From a virus (Duplodnaviria > Caudoviricetes), in the IMG/VR virus record IMGVR_UViG_3300048895_000049, positions 1-61,310 of that record: a stretch of 61,310 nt of DNA. One strand, given 5' to 3'. How positions within the stretch are numbered: the stretch's first letter is position 1; every line of letters begins with the position of its first letter. The notes under the pieces were generated by a model. The model saw only the letters and a list, made by a program, of their open reading frames with translations, was not told where the DNA came from and did no database searches. The position numbers and the translations under genes were made by a program. Shown here one piece after another: positions 37,201-45,562 of this stretch.

Positions 37201-40200
37201 GGGCGGCGGTGTCGCGCGCCTCCACCTCGCCGGTGAGCAGGATGTAGAGGTCGTGGGTCAGGCTGCTGTAGGGCACCAGCGCCGCATCGAGGGCGCTCTG
37301 GTAGTCGGCCAGCTTCCGCACGAGTTCGCGATGCTCGTCGTCCAGCGCCTTGCGCTGCGCGCCCTCGGCCTTCCAGTCCCGGCGCGGCTCGTTCTTGAAG
37401 TGCTCGATGTACTTGGTGTGCGCCGCAGCCTGATCGTCCTGCAGCTTGTCGAACGCGGCCCGGTCGCGGGCATAGAGGCGGTCGGCCAGTGCGTCGGCGG
37501 TCGCCTTGCGTGCGGCCTGATAGGTAGCGTCGAGGGCCGCCTTCTCGGCCATGTACGCATCCATCTTGGTCTTGGCGTCCGCCTCGAACTTGCCGGTCAG
37601 GTCAGCCATCTGCTTGGCCAAGCTGTCGACCTGCGCCGTGGCCGCGTCGATGTTCTTGTAGACGTGGTCGAGGAAGGACTTCCGTCCCTCGATGTCGTCG
37701 AGCAGCGCCAGCTTGTCGGCTACCGACCGCTCACCAATCGGCGTCGCCACGACTTGGCCCGCCGTATCCCCGCCGAGGCGCTCGTAGTAGGCGCGCAGGG
37801 CGTCGAGCGTCTTGCCATCGTTGAGCTTGAACTGGCTGGAGTTGCCGCCCGAGGCGAAGCCCTCGATGTCCTGCACCGCGTGCTGGACCTCGTGCAGCAG
37901 GGTGCCCAGCTTGTCCAAGGCGTAGGGCGTGACGTTGATCGACTTGCCGTCGTACCAGCCCTGCATCACCTGCTTGAAGTCGGTCCACGCTGGCCGGTGG
38001 GTGACCGGCATATTCAGCAGCTGCGGGTAGGAGGCGAATAGCTCCGGGTGGTAGAGCACGTCGCCCAGCCTGCGGGTCTCCTTGGTGTCGGTCCACGTGC
38101 TCATCCCGCGCAGCCGGGCGATGCTGTCGTCGATCTCGTAGCGCCAGTTGTTGTCGACCCCGAGGTGCCAGCCGGTGGTCGAGCGCGCGGCCTCGTTGCT
38201 GTTGGCCTTCATCGCCTTGGCATGCGCGTCCAGCCGGGCGGTGGCCGACTTGGTCCCGGCCATCATGTACTTGCCGCCCCGGCCAGCCTGCACGTTGCTG
38301 CGGGCTTGGGTCGCGAGCGCGCCGCTCTGGATGGCGCGCAGCACGTCCTCGGCGGTGTCGTAGTTGGAGCGGGTGAGGGCGCGCTTGAGGGCGGCGAAGA
38401 ACGCCTTGATCCGCCCCATCAGCCCCTTGGCGAACGGCGTCCCGGCCTGATCGCTATGGACCGTGGCCCACTCGGCGAACATCTCGGCGACGGCTTCCTC
38501 GTTCAGGCTGTCGATGTCGAGACCGGCGTACGCCGTGTTGATCCAGTCCATGGCGGCGCGGTCGCTGCGCGCCATCGTCACCAGCTTCGACCAGTCCCCC
38601 GGCTTGATTACGCCCATCGCACGCAGGGCGTGGACGGTCTCGTGGTGCAGGACCTGCAACGGGTCCTTGGCGTTGTGGGCCACCTCGATGGTCGGGCCGA
38701 GGCCGTGGTAGACCTCGTCGAAATACCCCTGCGCGCCTTCCTGACCATACGTCGCCAGCATGTCCTCCATGCTGGTCGTGAACAGGTGGACGTCGTGCAG
38801 GCCCATGCGGCCCAGTTCGGAGCGCAGGATTTTGTCCCACGTCTTCATCGCCGCCAGCGCTTCGCCGCCCCGCTGCACGGCGCTGGCGGTCATCGAGAAC
38901 CGGCCACCGGGGCGCTCCTTTTTGGCGGCCTCCAGCATGGCGTAGAGGTCCTTCACCGAGAACTCGTCCACGGTCTCGGTGCCGAGGTTCTTCTGCTGGG
39001 CCTCCAGCTTGTTCAGTTGCTGGGCCTGCTGCGCGGTGATCGCCTTCGGCACGGCGTCGTCGACGGCGGCAAGGAACTCCGCGCGTGACTGCTTGGCCTT
39101 CGCCTCGTTGCGGAACTTCATCAGCGACGCAGCGGAGATCGTAGGCTTCTTGGCCGCTGGCTTCGCCTCGATCGCCTGCTTGGTGGCGGGCGTCGGCTTG
39201 ACCTTCGGCGCGGGCTTCTCGGCGGGCTTGGTCGGCGGCGCAGGCTTGGTCTTCGGCGCGGCCGCGCGACGCTCCTCGCGGCGGGCTTTCTTCCCGGCCT
39301 GCCGTGCCTGACGGGCCTCGCCGCGCGCCTTGAGGCCAGCCGCGATCCCCTCCTCGCGGGTCGGGCGCGCAGGCGGCGTCGTGGCCTCAGCCTCGCGGGC
39401 CTGCTGCTCCTGCTCGCTGGCGGCGAACTTGCGGCCACGCTCGAAGTTGTAGCGGGTGCCGCCCTTCTCCGTGGTCGGGGCGGTGAAGTCCTGCCCCATC
39501 TCGGCCTTCATGCCCTCGCGGAACCACTTCGCCTGCACCGGACCCATCTCCAGATTGGCGATGTGGGTCTCGGCGCGGGCGGCGATGTTGGCGGCCGCGC
39601 GCTCCTGCGGCGATGGGGCGGGCGCTGGCGTTGGCGCGGTCTCGGCTACCGGCGTAGCGGCCACCGTCGCCTCCACCGGCGCAGCGCGCTCGGGCACACC
39701 CAGAGACGTGTCCTGTTCAGGCAGGTTGGCCTGCGTCGCCGCCGCCTCGCGCACCATCTCCCGACGCCGGAAGCTCTCCTCGGCGCGCAGCGTGCGCTCC
39801 TCAGCCGGTGACAGGGTCTCAGGCAGGCCCATGTCGCGCAGGGTCTCAAGGTAGTCGGCGCGCGGGTTCTGGCTGTTCTTGTCGGCGATGGCCCGGGCCA
39901 GCACCTTGCCGCGTTCCGCCGTCTCGGCGGCGACCTCGGCGGCCGGGCGCGCGGCGGCGGCCTGCGCCTGCTCCATCTGCGTGCGGGCCGACTGGTCGTT
40001 GGCGTGAACCTGCGCGCCCTCAGCGGCCAGTTGCTCGCCAAGCTGCGCCAGTTCGGGGTTGGCCTGCGGTTCGGCGGGCAGCGGGCGCGGCAGCGGGCCG
40101 GGCTCGGTGATGATCTCCGGGGCCTGCGCCTTGGCCAGCCGCTCGGCGGCGGTGACGGCAGCCAGTATCGTCCGCTCGCGGCGTTGCAGGCGCTGGTGCG

Positions 40201-41938
40201 CGGCGTCCACGTTGTCGGCCAGCATGGTGTCCGACCGGGCAGCGAGGTCCTTGAAGTCGCTGTCGAGGCGCTTGCGCTCCCGCCCGATCGCCTCGGCGGC
40301 GCGGTCGCCACCCCGGGCGATCTGCGGGGCCAGCCGCTCGGCGGTATCGCTGTCGCCCTCACCGGCGATGTCGTTGATGCGCTGCAGGATCGCGGTGGGC
40401 GTCATGTCGGCAGGCGTCACCACGCTGTCGTCAGCGTTGGCCACCGCCACCCCGTCGCGGCCGCTGGCGGTCGGCATGCCGCCGCGTCCACCCATGGCCG
40501 CCTTGAACTTGGCGACGTACTCGTGGCCGGTCGTGCCCAGCACGTCGCGCGCCGCGCCGCCTTCCAACTGCGGGCGGCCGGTGAACCACACGCTGGCGGC
40601 GTCCTCGGCGTTGCCGTGCTTCTGCACGAGGCCGCCGAAGACGTGGTCGAAGACCTGATCCTGTATCTCCGGGCTGGCCAGAAACTCCCTCGGCGACACC
40701 ACCCGGCCAACCGCGTCCTTCGTCCACTTCGGCAGGTTGCGGCCCATCATCTGGTAGCGGCCCAGCGCCCGGTCGCCGTTCTTGGTGATCGGACCCACAG
40801 CCTCGTAGTCGCCGCTGCCCCGGCTCTCGACGGCGGCAATGGCCGGGCCATACACCTCGCTGGCGCGACCCTGTGCCTCAGGCGTGCGCTGGTCGGTCAG
40901 GCGCAGCGGCTCGTCAGGAGCCCCACCGTGGATCGTCGTCGGGCCGGTCAGGCGCTTCCGATCTGGCGAGGGCAGGGCCAGCAGGTCGGCGGGTGCGCCC
41001 AGCGCGGGCATCGCGTCGTCGACCGGCAGCGCCCGGACTTCGTCTTCGGGCAGGGTCTGCGGCTTGGCGCGTTGCTTCTCGTCGCCGAACGTCTGCTCGA
41101 TGCCCCCGGCCACCGTGCCGCCGAGGCCGCCCTTGATGGCCGCCATGCCGTACCGCTCGGTAGACCCCGGACCGAACATCGTGCCGCTCGTGCCGTAGTC
41201 CTCGATGGCTTCCTGTCCGGCCTCGGTTGCAGCTTCCTTCGCGCCAGCCAGTCCGATCTTGCGGGCCACGTTGCCGCTGACCTTCTCCAGCGCGCCGGTC
41301 CCCAACTTGCGGGCGACCGAGGTCTCAGGTCCCAGCAGGTCGAGCGCCGCCGACCCGGTGGCGGCCAGCGCCGCCCGGCCGCGATTGTCGACGCCGAGTT
41401 CGTCCTGCCCCTGCCGCTGGCCGCCGTAGCTCTGCACGAAGCTGGGCGCGAACGCTCCGACACCACCGCCCAGCACACCACCAAGGACCGTACCCTCGGG
41501 TCCGGCGAGCGACCCCAGCGCCCCGCCGATCCGTGCGCCGGTCGCCGCGCCTGCGATGCTCAGGCCGAACTGCGGGGTGAGTTCGGCCAGCGTCTCCTTG
41601 GCGAACTGGATCGGGTGGCGCGGGATGTCGCCTAGCGAGGTGATGTCGGCAGGGTTCTCCTCCTGCAGACGCGTGCCGTACTCCTCGATGTTGCGGGTCG
41701 GCAGGCCGACATCGCGCCCTGTGCGCCCCACGCCGGACAGGATGGTGCCCACCCCGCGCTTGACGCCCTGCACGAACGTCGACGGCTTGTCGGTGTCTTC
41801 GTCGGTGCTGTCCGCCCCCGGCTTCCCGCCGCCCAAGCCGGGCAGCACGTAGGGCGGTGCGACAGTCGTACCGGCAGGAGCCCACGCACCCCCGTAATCG
41901 GCGGGGTCAGGCATCGTGCGGCGAGGAGAAAGCGCCAT
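34205..41938 (-). CDS. Giant internal virion / polyvalent protein (2577 aa)
   Basis: Muramidase-like AAVESRG..ALGRYQMM; HETVH and HEVQH motifs; LPD23-like TGWHLG..WRYEIDD. Confidence 0.8.
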   Translation of the reverse strand: MALSPRRTMPDPADYGGAWAPAGTTVAPPYVLPGLGGGKPGADSTDEDTDKPSTFVQGVKRGVGTILSGVGRTGRDVGLPTRNIEEYGTRLQEENPADITSLGDIPRHPIQFAKETLAELTPQFGLSIAGAATGARIGGALGSLAGPEGTVLGGVLGGGVGAFAPSFVQSYGGQRQGQDELGVDNRGRAALAATGSAALDLLGPETSVARKLGTGALEKVSGNVARKIGLAGAKEAATEAGQEAIEDYGTSGTMFGPGSTERYGMAAIKGGLGGTVAGGIEQTFGDEKQRAKPQTLPEDEVRALPVDDAMPALGAPADLLALPSPDRKRLTGPTTIHGGAPDEPLRLTDQRTPEAQGRASEVYGPAIAAVESRGSGDYEAVGPITKNGDRALGRYQMMGRNLPKWTKDAVGRVVSPREFLASPEIQDQVFDHVFGGLVQKHGNAEDAASVWFTGRPQLEGGAARDVLGTTGHEYVAKFKAAMGGRGGMPTASGRDGVAVANADDSVVTPADMTPTAILQRINDIAGEGDSDTAERLAPQIARGGDRAAEAIGRERKRLDSDFKDLAARSDTMLADNVDAAHQRLQRRERTILAAVTAAERLAKAQAPEIITEPGPLPRPLPAEPQANPELAQLGEQLAAEGAQVHANDQSARTQMEQAQAAAARPAAEVAAETAERGKVLARAIADKNSQNPRADYLETLRDMGLPETLSPAEERTLRAEESFRRREMVREAAATQANLPEQDTSLGVPERAAPVEATVAATPVAETAPTPAPAPSPQERAAANIAARAETHIANLEMGPVQAKWFREGMKAEMGQDFTAPTTEKGGTRYNFERGRKFAASEQEQQAREAEATTPPARPTREEGIAAGLKARGEARQARQAGKKARREERRAAAPKTKPAPPTKPAEKPAPKVKPTPATKQAIEAKPAAKKPTISAASLMKFRNEAKAKQSRAEFLAAVDDAVPKAITAQQAQQLNKLEAQQKNLGTETVDEFSVKDLYAMLEAAKKERPGGRFSMTASAVQRGGEALAAMKTWDKILRSELGRMGLHDVHLFTTSMEDMLATYGQEGAQGYFDEVYHGLGPTIEVAHNAKDPLQVLHHETVHALRAMGVIKPGDWSKLVTMARSDRAAMDWINTAYAGLDIDSLNEEAVAEMFAEWATVHSDQAGTPFAKGLMGRIKAFFAALKRALTRSNYDTAEDVLRAIQSGALATQARSNVQAGRGGKYMMAGTKSATARLDAHAKAMKANSNEAARSTTGWHLGVDNNWRYEIDDSIARLRGMSTWTDTKETRRLGDVLYHPELFASYPQLLNMPVTHRPAWTDFKQVMQGWYDGKSINVTPYALDKLGTLLHEVQHAVQDIEGFASGGNSSQFKLNDGKTLDALRAYYERLGGDTAGQVVATPIGERSVADKLALLDDIEGRKSFLDHVYKNIDAATAQVDSLAKQMADLTGKFEADAKTKMDAYMAEKAALDATYQAARKATADALADRLYARDRAAFDKLQDDQAAAHTKYIEHFKNEPRRDWKAEGAQRKALDDEHRELVRKLADYQSALDAALVPYSSLTHDLYILLTGEVEARDTAARRAMSSDMRRATPPGRSENILPSEQISRFTPLNKGGGQFSLSRNGPEAYARRTVTRKASTAVKVSGEELLKKAHLWLSGTEDMANMMAKSIPSARKLVELVSNSHALSREFEERLAGIKDAYHQLPAKLRGTKPGSISELMYDSTKSGQWAFKPDYQPKAVVDPKLAERFNAMPEAAQKVIKDTFRYNFDSRNTLYRATVGAIDAEYDPLMAVAKTQEQKDRIASDKARAMQHFSRVFDTQEGLPYTPISREGWWAIVGKSKAYRDAEARGDQKAVDKMADDPAHHFVDFRDTAAEAEALHSHIATQFGEDGSYYFERNRVEDGAVNRDEVFLAFDQLKKAVAGDTDKGSQASARLQRLVNDLYLHSLSEASARKAELQRKGVPAKDPVTGEVVDMMHAFVSRGSATANFIASIANGPALNTTLANMHKEVKQVPYAQRRDAQRGLNEMMYRYTTNQGVKPSRTVDRIVRAVSMWTLLTSPFYYLQNATQHALIAVPIMSSKFGYARAWGATMDAYKDFAAMTKDTGMFKRVDYTKAPEDVRELLDFLSKRGRLDAGFAAENGHWEVDGEGILADSWNKADRFLRMMPQYVEVMNRVATGTSTYRLALQDGQSEAEARETASKMIYDTHGDYSGFNSPTPFHAAGSFGKVALQFRKFQLIMGALVAKEFHRAFKGATPEERREGFKALAFTSAHMAAIGGIIAQPGAAVLGPVIGALMNLIDEDDDKDWSNWQEDLKHALGAGGEGDKRNWLADLLFKGAPYALLSMDTSDRLGMGNIASLAPYQDLSEGLTSREKFFQNMGQLMLGPSGGMVAKAVDGWGFAEKGDWARMAESLMPGLVANTMKAGRLQTEGLTTKQGDILMKPEDISGLDAFYTALGVRPRALVNQADRRSADFEANQYYTAKTTELKSNYRKAAAAKDGAQMKAVRSEFEAIQKARERDGFKRQPLSTILKAPAEQAKRNKQVIGGVPTTKANRQFVAAMMYADTPQDALELMGG

Positions 41939-43582
41939 CTACCGCCCCGATCCGCGAGGTCCAGCCGTTGCGTTGGAGAGAGGCCGCGAGACGGCGTTGA
42001 TCGCCGGGCCGGGGACCATGACCCCGCGAGGCCCCCTGACCAGCGGACGGATAGGTGCGCTGCGTCCGCTCGCGCCGCCGCGTGGCAGGCCGATGACGGC
42101 CGTCACCGGCTGCACGCTTTCCGCCGCAGGCGTCGTTGGACGTGCAGCCGCCTTGGGAGCCGGTGCAGCAGGGGCCGTCTTGCGGGCGTCCTGCGCTGCA
42201 CGGATGGCCTTGGCCGCCGCAGCCGGGTCGGGGTACGCGTTCTGGGCGTAGCCGTACGCCTGCCCCTGCGTCGGGAAGGTGGTGCCGACCCGGCCCTGCT
42301 CATCAAGCACGCCGAACGCTGGACCCTGCGGGGTCCGCACGATCTGCACGAGGCCACGCTTCACGAGGGGGTTGTTGTCCCACTCCTGCCGCTCGGCGAT
42401 CTGGTGCTGCAGCCGGTCGTTCACCTGCGTCTTGATCTGGGTCAGGGTCTCGGGGTCGCTGGTCGTCTGGGTGGTGATGAACCCCTTGTCGTTCAGGATC
42501 GCACCCTCCTCGGCCCACGAGGTGTAGCCGACCGGGTCGAGCAGCGACGAGCCCGGGGTCGAGAACTTCTTCACGCTGTCGCGGAACGTCGTCTCGCGGT
42601 TGGCGGCGGTCTTGCCTTCCTCGGTCTTCTGGGTGATCGCGCCGGTCTGCGCCCGCGCCTGACCCGCCGCGGCCGCGTAGCTGTCGATCTTGGCTTGGCT
42701 CTCCAGCCGCTTCGTCTGCTCCTCGCGCGACGAGTTGGCCAGCGCGGCGCGGGCGGCCGGGTCCTGCCCGAGGTAGCCCCCGATCTCAGCCTTCAACTCG
42801 TCCTTCTGGACGTTGCTCAAGACCTCCTCGCCGCCCACCTTCATGGTGTAGAGGCCCTTGTCGTTGCGCGTGACGACGACGGGTTTGCCCATGGCCTGCG
42901 AGGCGATGTAGCCGATGTCGGCGGCGGTCGCGCCGTCCATGGCCTGCAGCTTCCGGTCGGTCACCATGTCCGAGTATTTCTGGAACGCCTCGCTCGCCTT
43001 GTCCGGCTGGCGGGCCTCGGCATACGCCTTGGCCTTGTACAGTTGCCTGTCGATCTCCGTGGTCGGACGCATCAGCTGACCGCCGCTGCCCGACACCGGC
43101 ACGTTATCCAGCGCCGGGGCGGTAGGCTCTGCGGTTGGAGCGGCGGCCGGGGCAGGCGCGGCGGCTGGGGCAGGTGCCGCACCCACCGTTCCAGCGGCGG
43201 GTGCGGCTGGTGCGGTAGCTGCTGGTTGGGGGAGCAGCCCTGCACCCTGCGCCGTCTGCGTGGTGTTACGGCGCGTGAACATCCCTGCCAGATTACCGGC
43301 CACTCGCGCCATAGCGCTCTTATCTTCGACGGGCGGCGCGGCGGCGGCGCGAGCGGCATCCTGTTGCTTAAGGGCGTAGTCGACACCCCCCAGCCCGATC
43401 TGTTGGGGGGTCTGCGCGATGCGGTCCGCCAGTACGCTCTCACGCGTGTCCTGCTCGGTCTTGAGCCGGGTCTCGAGTTCGGCGGCGGCGGCCTGCGCGC
43501 GGCGCGCACGAGCTTCGTCAGCGAGCGTCAGACCCTTTGACGCGCCCTGCGCAATTTCGCCGAGAGCACCGAGGACACCCAT
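41939..43582 (-). CDS. Putative internal virion (ejection) protein
   Basis: MGVLGALG start, Ala/Gln-rich, position in late operon. Confidence 0.65.
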   Translation of the reverse strand: MGVLGALGEIAQGASKGLTLADEARARRAQAAAAELETRLKTEQDTRESVLADRIAQTPQQIGLGGVDYALKQQDAARAAAAPPVEDKSAMARVAGNLAGMFTRRNTTQTAQGAGLLPQPAATAPAAPAAGTVGAAPAPAAAPAPAAAPTAEPTAPALDNVPVSGSGGQLMRPTTEIDRQLYKAKAYAEARQPDKASEAFQKYSDMVTDRKLQAMDGATAADIGYIASQAMGKPVVVTRNDKGLYTMKVGGEEVLSNVQKDELKAEIGGYLGQDPAARAALANSSREEQTKRLESQAKIDSYAAAAGQARAQTGAITQKTEEGKTAANRETTFRDSVKKFSTPGSSLLDPVGYTSWAEEGAILNDKGFITTQTTSDPETLTQIKTQVNDRLQHQIAERQEWDNNPLVKRGLVQIVRTPQGPAFGVLDEQGRVGTTFPTQGQAYGYAQNAYPDPAAAAKAIRAAQDARKTAPAAPAPKAAARPTTPAAESVQPVTAVIGLPRGGASGRSAPIRPLVRGPRGVMVPGPAINAVSRPLSNATAGPRGSGR

Positions 43583-44607
43583 CAGACAAGCACCTTGGCG
43601 TAGTCGACCATCTTGTAGCCGGTCGGCCCGGTGTGGACGGCGTCGGGGAACACCGGCTCGACCTCGTCGGCCATGTAGCCGTAGTGGAGCGGCGCGTTGT
43701 CTGGCTCCCAGATGTAGCGGAACGCCCACATCCCGATGTCATGGGCCAGCGTGGCGATGCGCACGGTGTGCTTCTTGATGCGCCGGTCGGAGCCCTTGTA
43801 GGAACCCAGCGCCTGCACGCCCAACTGAGCGATCGAGGCCAGCGCGCTCGGGCCTGCCGTCTCCATCGAGGTCTTGCCGAGGGACGTGTAGGCGTCGAGG
43901 TTCGCGCCGTACGACTTCCCGGCCAGACCGAAGCCGGTGTTGACGTTGGCCGCGCCGCCCGGTGCCGTGCCTGCGGCCGCCGCCGCGCCGGACATCCCGG
44001 CGTTCGCCGCACCTCCCGCACCGCCTGCCGCTTGCAGGACGCCAGAGGCCCCGCCACGGCCGAAGTTCGCCGCGTCGCTGGTCAGTGACATGCCCAGCAC
44101 CTTGGCGGCCTCACGCGCCCGCGTGGAGGCCCCGGCTTCGGTGGCTGCGTTCTGCACGGCCATGTCGCTGCGCGCCGCCAGCGCGGCCGGGCTGGAGGGG
44201 TCGATGCCGAGGCCGCGCAACTGGCGGCCCATCTGCTGCTGCTGGCCCGCCTGCGCCGTGCGCACATCGCCCAGCGCCGCCGCCGCCTGCTTCTCCTGCT
44301 CCGCTGGAGCCGAATACTCGTCGACCATCTTGTAGTAGCGGTCCTCGGCGGGGATGCCGAGGGTCTTGTAGCGGTCGGCCGCCGTCTTGGTCTGGTCGTA
44401 CTGGATGTCGAACAGCTTGCCCTGCCGGTCCAGATTGGTCTGGCTCTCGGTGGTCAGCTGCGCCATCGCCGGGGCGACGTACTTCTCGAAGTAGTCCTTG
44501 TTCCAGTCCTGCGCCTGCTGCGCCAGAGCAGTGTTCGCCTTGGCGGCCTCGCCGATCTGGGGGTCGTAGGCGTTCTTCTTGGCCTTCCGATACCAGCGGT
44601 CACGCAT
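43582..44607 (-). CDS. Putative ejection protein with C-terminal peptidase S74 chaperone domain
   Basis: Gly/Ala-rich body; SDRRIK..F.Y..GYMADEV..PDAV..VDY. Confidence 0.75.
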   Translation of the reverse strand: MRDRWYRKAKKNAYDPQIGEAAKANTALAQQAQDWNKDYFEKYVAPAMAQLTTESQTNLDRQGKLFDIQYDQTKTAADRYKTLGIPAEDRYYKMVDEYSAPAEQEKQAAAALGDVRTAQAGQQQQMGRQLRGLGIDPSSPAALAARSDMAVQNAATEAGASTRAREAAKVLGMSLTSDAANFGRGGASGVLQAAGGAGGAANAGMSGAAAAAGTAPGGAANVNTGFGLAGKSYGANLDAYTSLGKTSMETAGPSALASIAQLGVQALGSYKGSDRRIKKHTVRIATLAHDIGMWAFRYIWEPDNAPLHYGYMADEVEPVFPDAVHTGPTGYKMVDYAKVLV

Positions 44608-45022
44608 AGCGACACTCCTGACGGAACATTCGATAGATCAACACGTCCACGCCGTCACGCCCCGCGCTTTGTAGCACCGCCTCTGCGGTGAAGCCGACAT
44701 TGGTCACGAGGCGACGACTGGCGATGTTGTCGCGCTCAACCCACACCGTGATCCGATCCACGCCCAGCGTGCGGAACGGGTACTTGAATATCTCGTGGAG
44801 GAAGTGGCGCGTGCCCCAGCGGCTGGTGCCGTCAGAGGCCACGTGCATGAAGATGTTCGCACCGTTGTACTGGTCGTAGCCGACCGCCGCGATGATCTCG
44901 CCGTCACGCAACTGGACGATCCCCTTCCAGTCCTCGGTGCGGCCCAGCGGGTACTGCGCGGTGATGTAGTTGAAGGCGGCGTCCGCGTCGGAGACGACCG
45001 CGTGCCTCGTGGTGTCCTGCAT
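44600..45022 (-). CDS. GNAT-fold acetyltransferase-like protein
   Basis: FKYPF..LGV.RI..N.ASRRL...GF..E. Confidence 0.75.
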   Translation of the reverse strand: MQDTTRHAVVSDADAAFNYITAQYPLGRTEDWKGIVQLRDGEIIAAVGYDQYNGANIFMHVASDGTSRWGTRHFLHEIFKYPFRTLGVDRITVWVERDNIASRRLVTNVGFTAEAVLQSAGRDGVDVLIYRMFRQECRYA

Positions 45023-45031
45023 GGCGCGTCC

Positions 45032-45562
45032 CTAAACGGCGGTGCCGGTGGCATACCACTCGTTGGTGAAGCCTCGCACGAAGTAGAGGAACTTGCTGGG
45101 CGGGATCACCCACGACAGCACGTTGTTGTTGCCGACCGTGAGGATGTCCGCGCCCTGCTTCTGGACCAGCACGCCGCCAGCGGCTGCGTTGTGTATCCAG
45201 TAGCCGGTCGCCCGGCCAATCGTGGCGGCGAGCGGCAGGGTGATGGTCACCGGGTTGAAGACGATGATGTAGCGCCCGGCCTCCGCAGGGGTCAGCGTCG
45301 CGTTGACGAGGTAGCTCTCGATCTCGGAGAAGTTGCCCAGCGCCCGCTGCACGAACTCCGTCGTGGCGATGCTGAGATCGTTGTCGAACTGCGGCGGGGT
45401 GACGATGATCGGCAGCGTGCCAGCATCGTTGGCTTCCTCGAACGCCGCTGTCGCGTCCTCGATCTGCTGGGCGTTCTGCAGGACCTGACGACGCATGGCC
45501 TGCAGAAGCTCGTAGAGCCCCGGGTCCGGCATCTGGGGGACGTCGGGGAGCGAGATGGTCAT
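45032..45562 (-). CDS. Tail-associated protein
   Basis: TPPQFDND.SIATTEFVQRALGNF tail-fibre-like motif. Confidence 0.6.
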   Translation of the reverse strand: MTISLPDVPQMPDPGLYELLQAMRRQVLQNAQQIEDATAAFEEANDAGTLPIIVTPPQFDNDLSIATTEFVQRALGNFSEIESYLVNATLTPAEAGRYIIVFNPVTITLPLAATIGRATGYWIHNAAAGGVLVQKQGADILTVGNNNVLSWVIPPSKFLYFVRGFTNEWYATGTAV

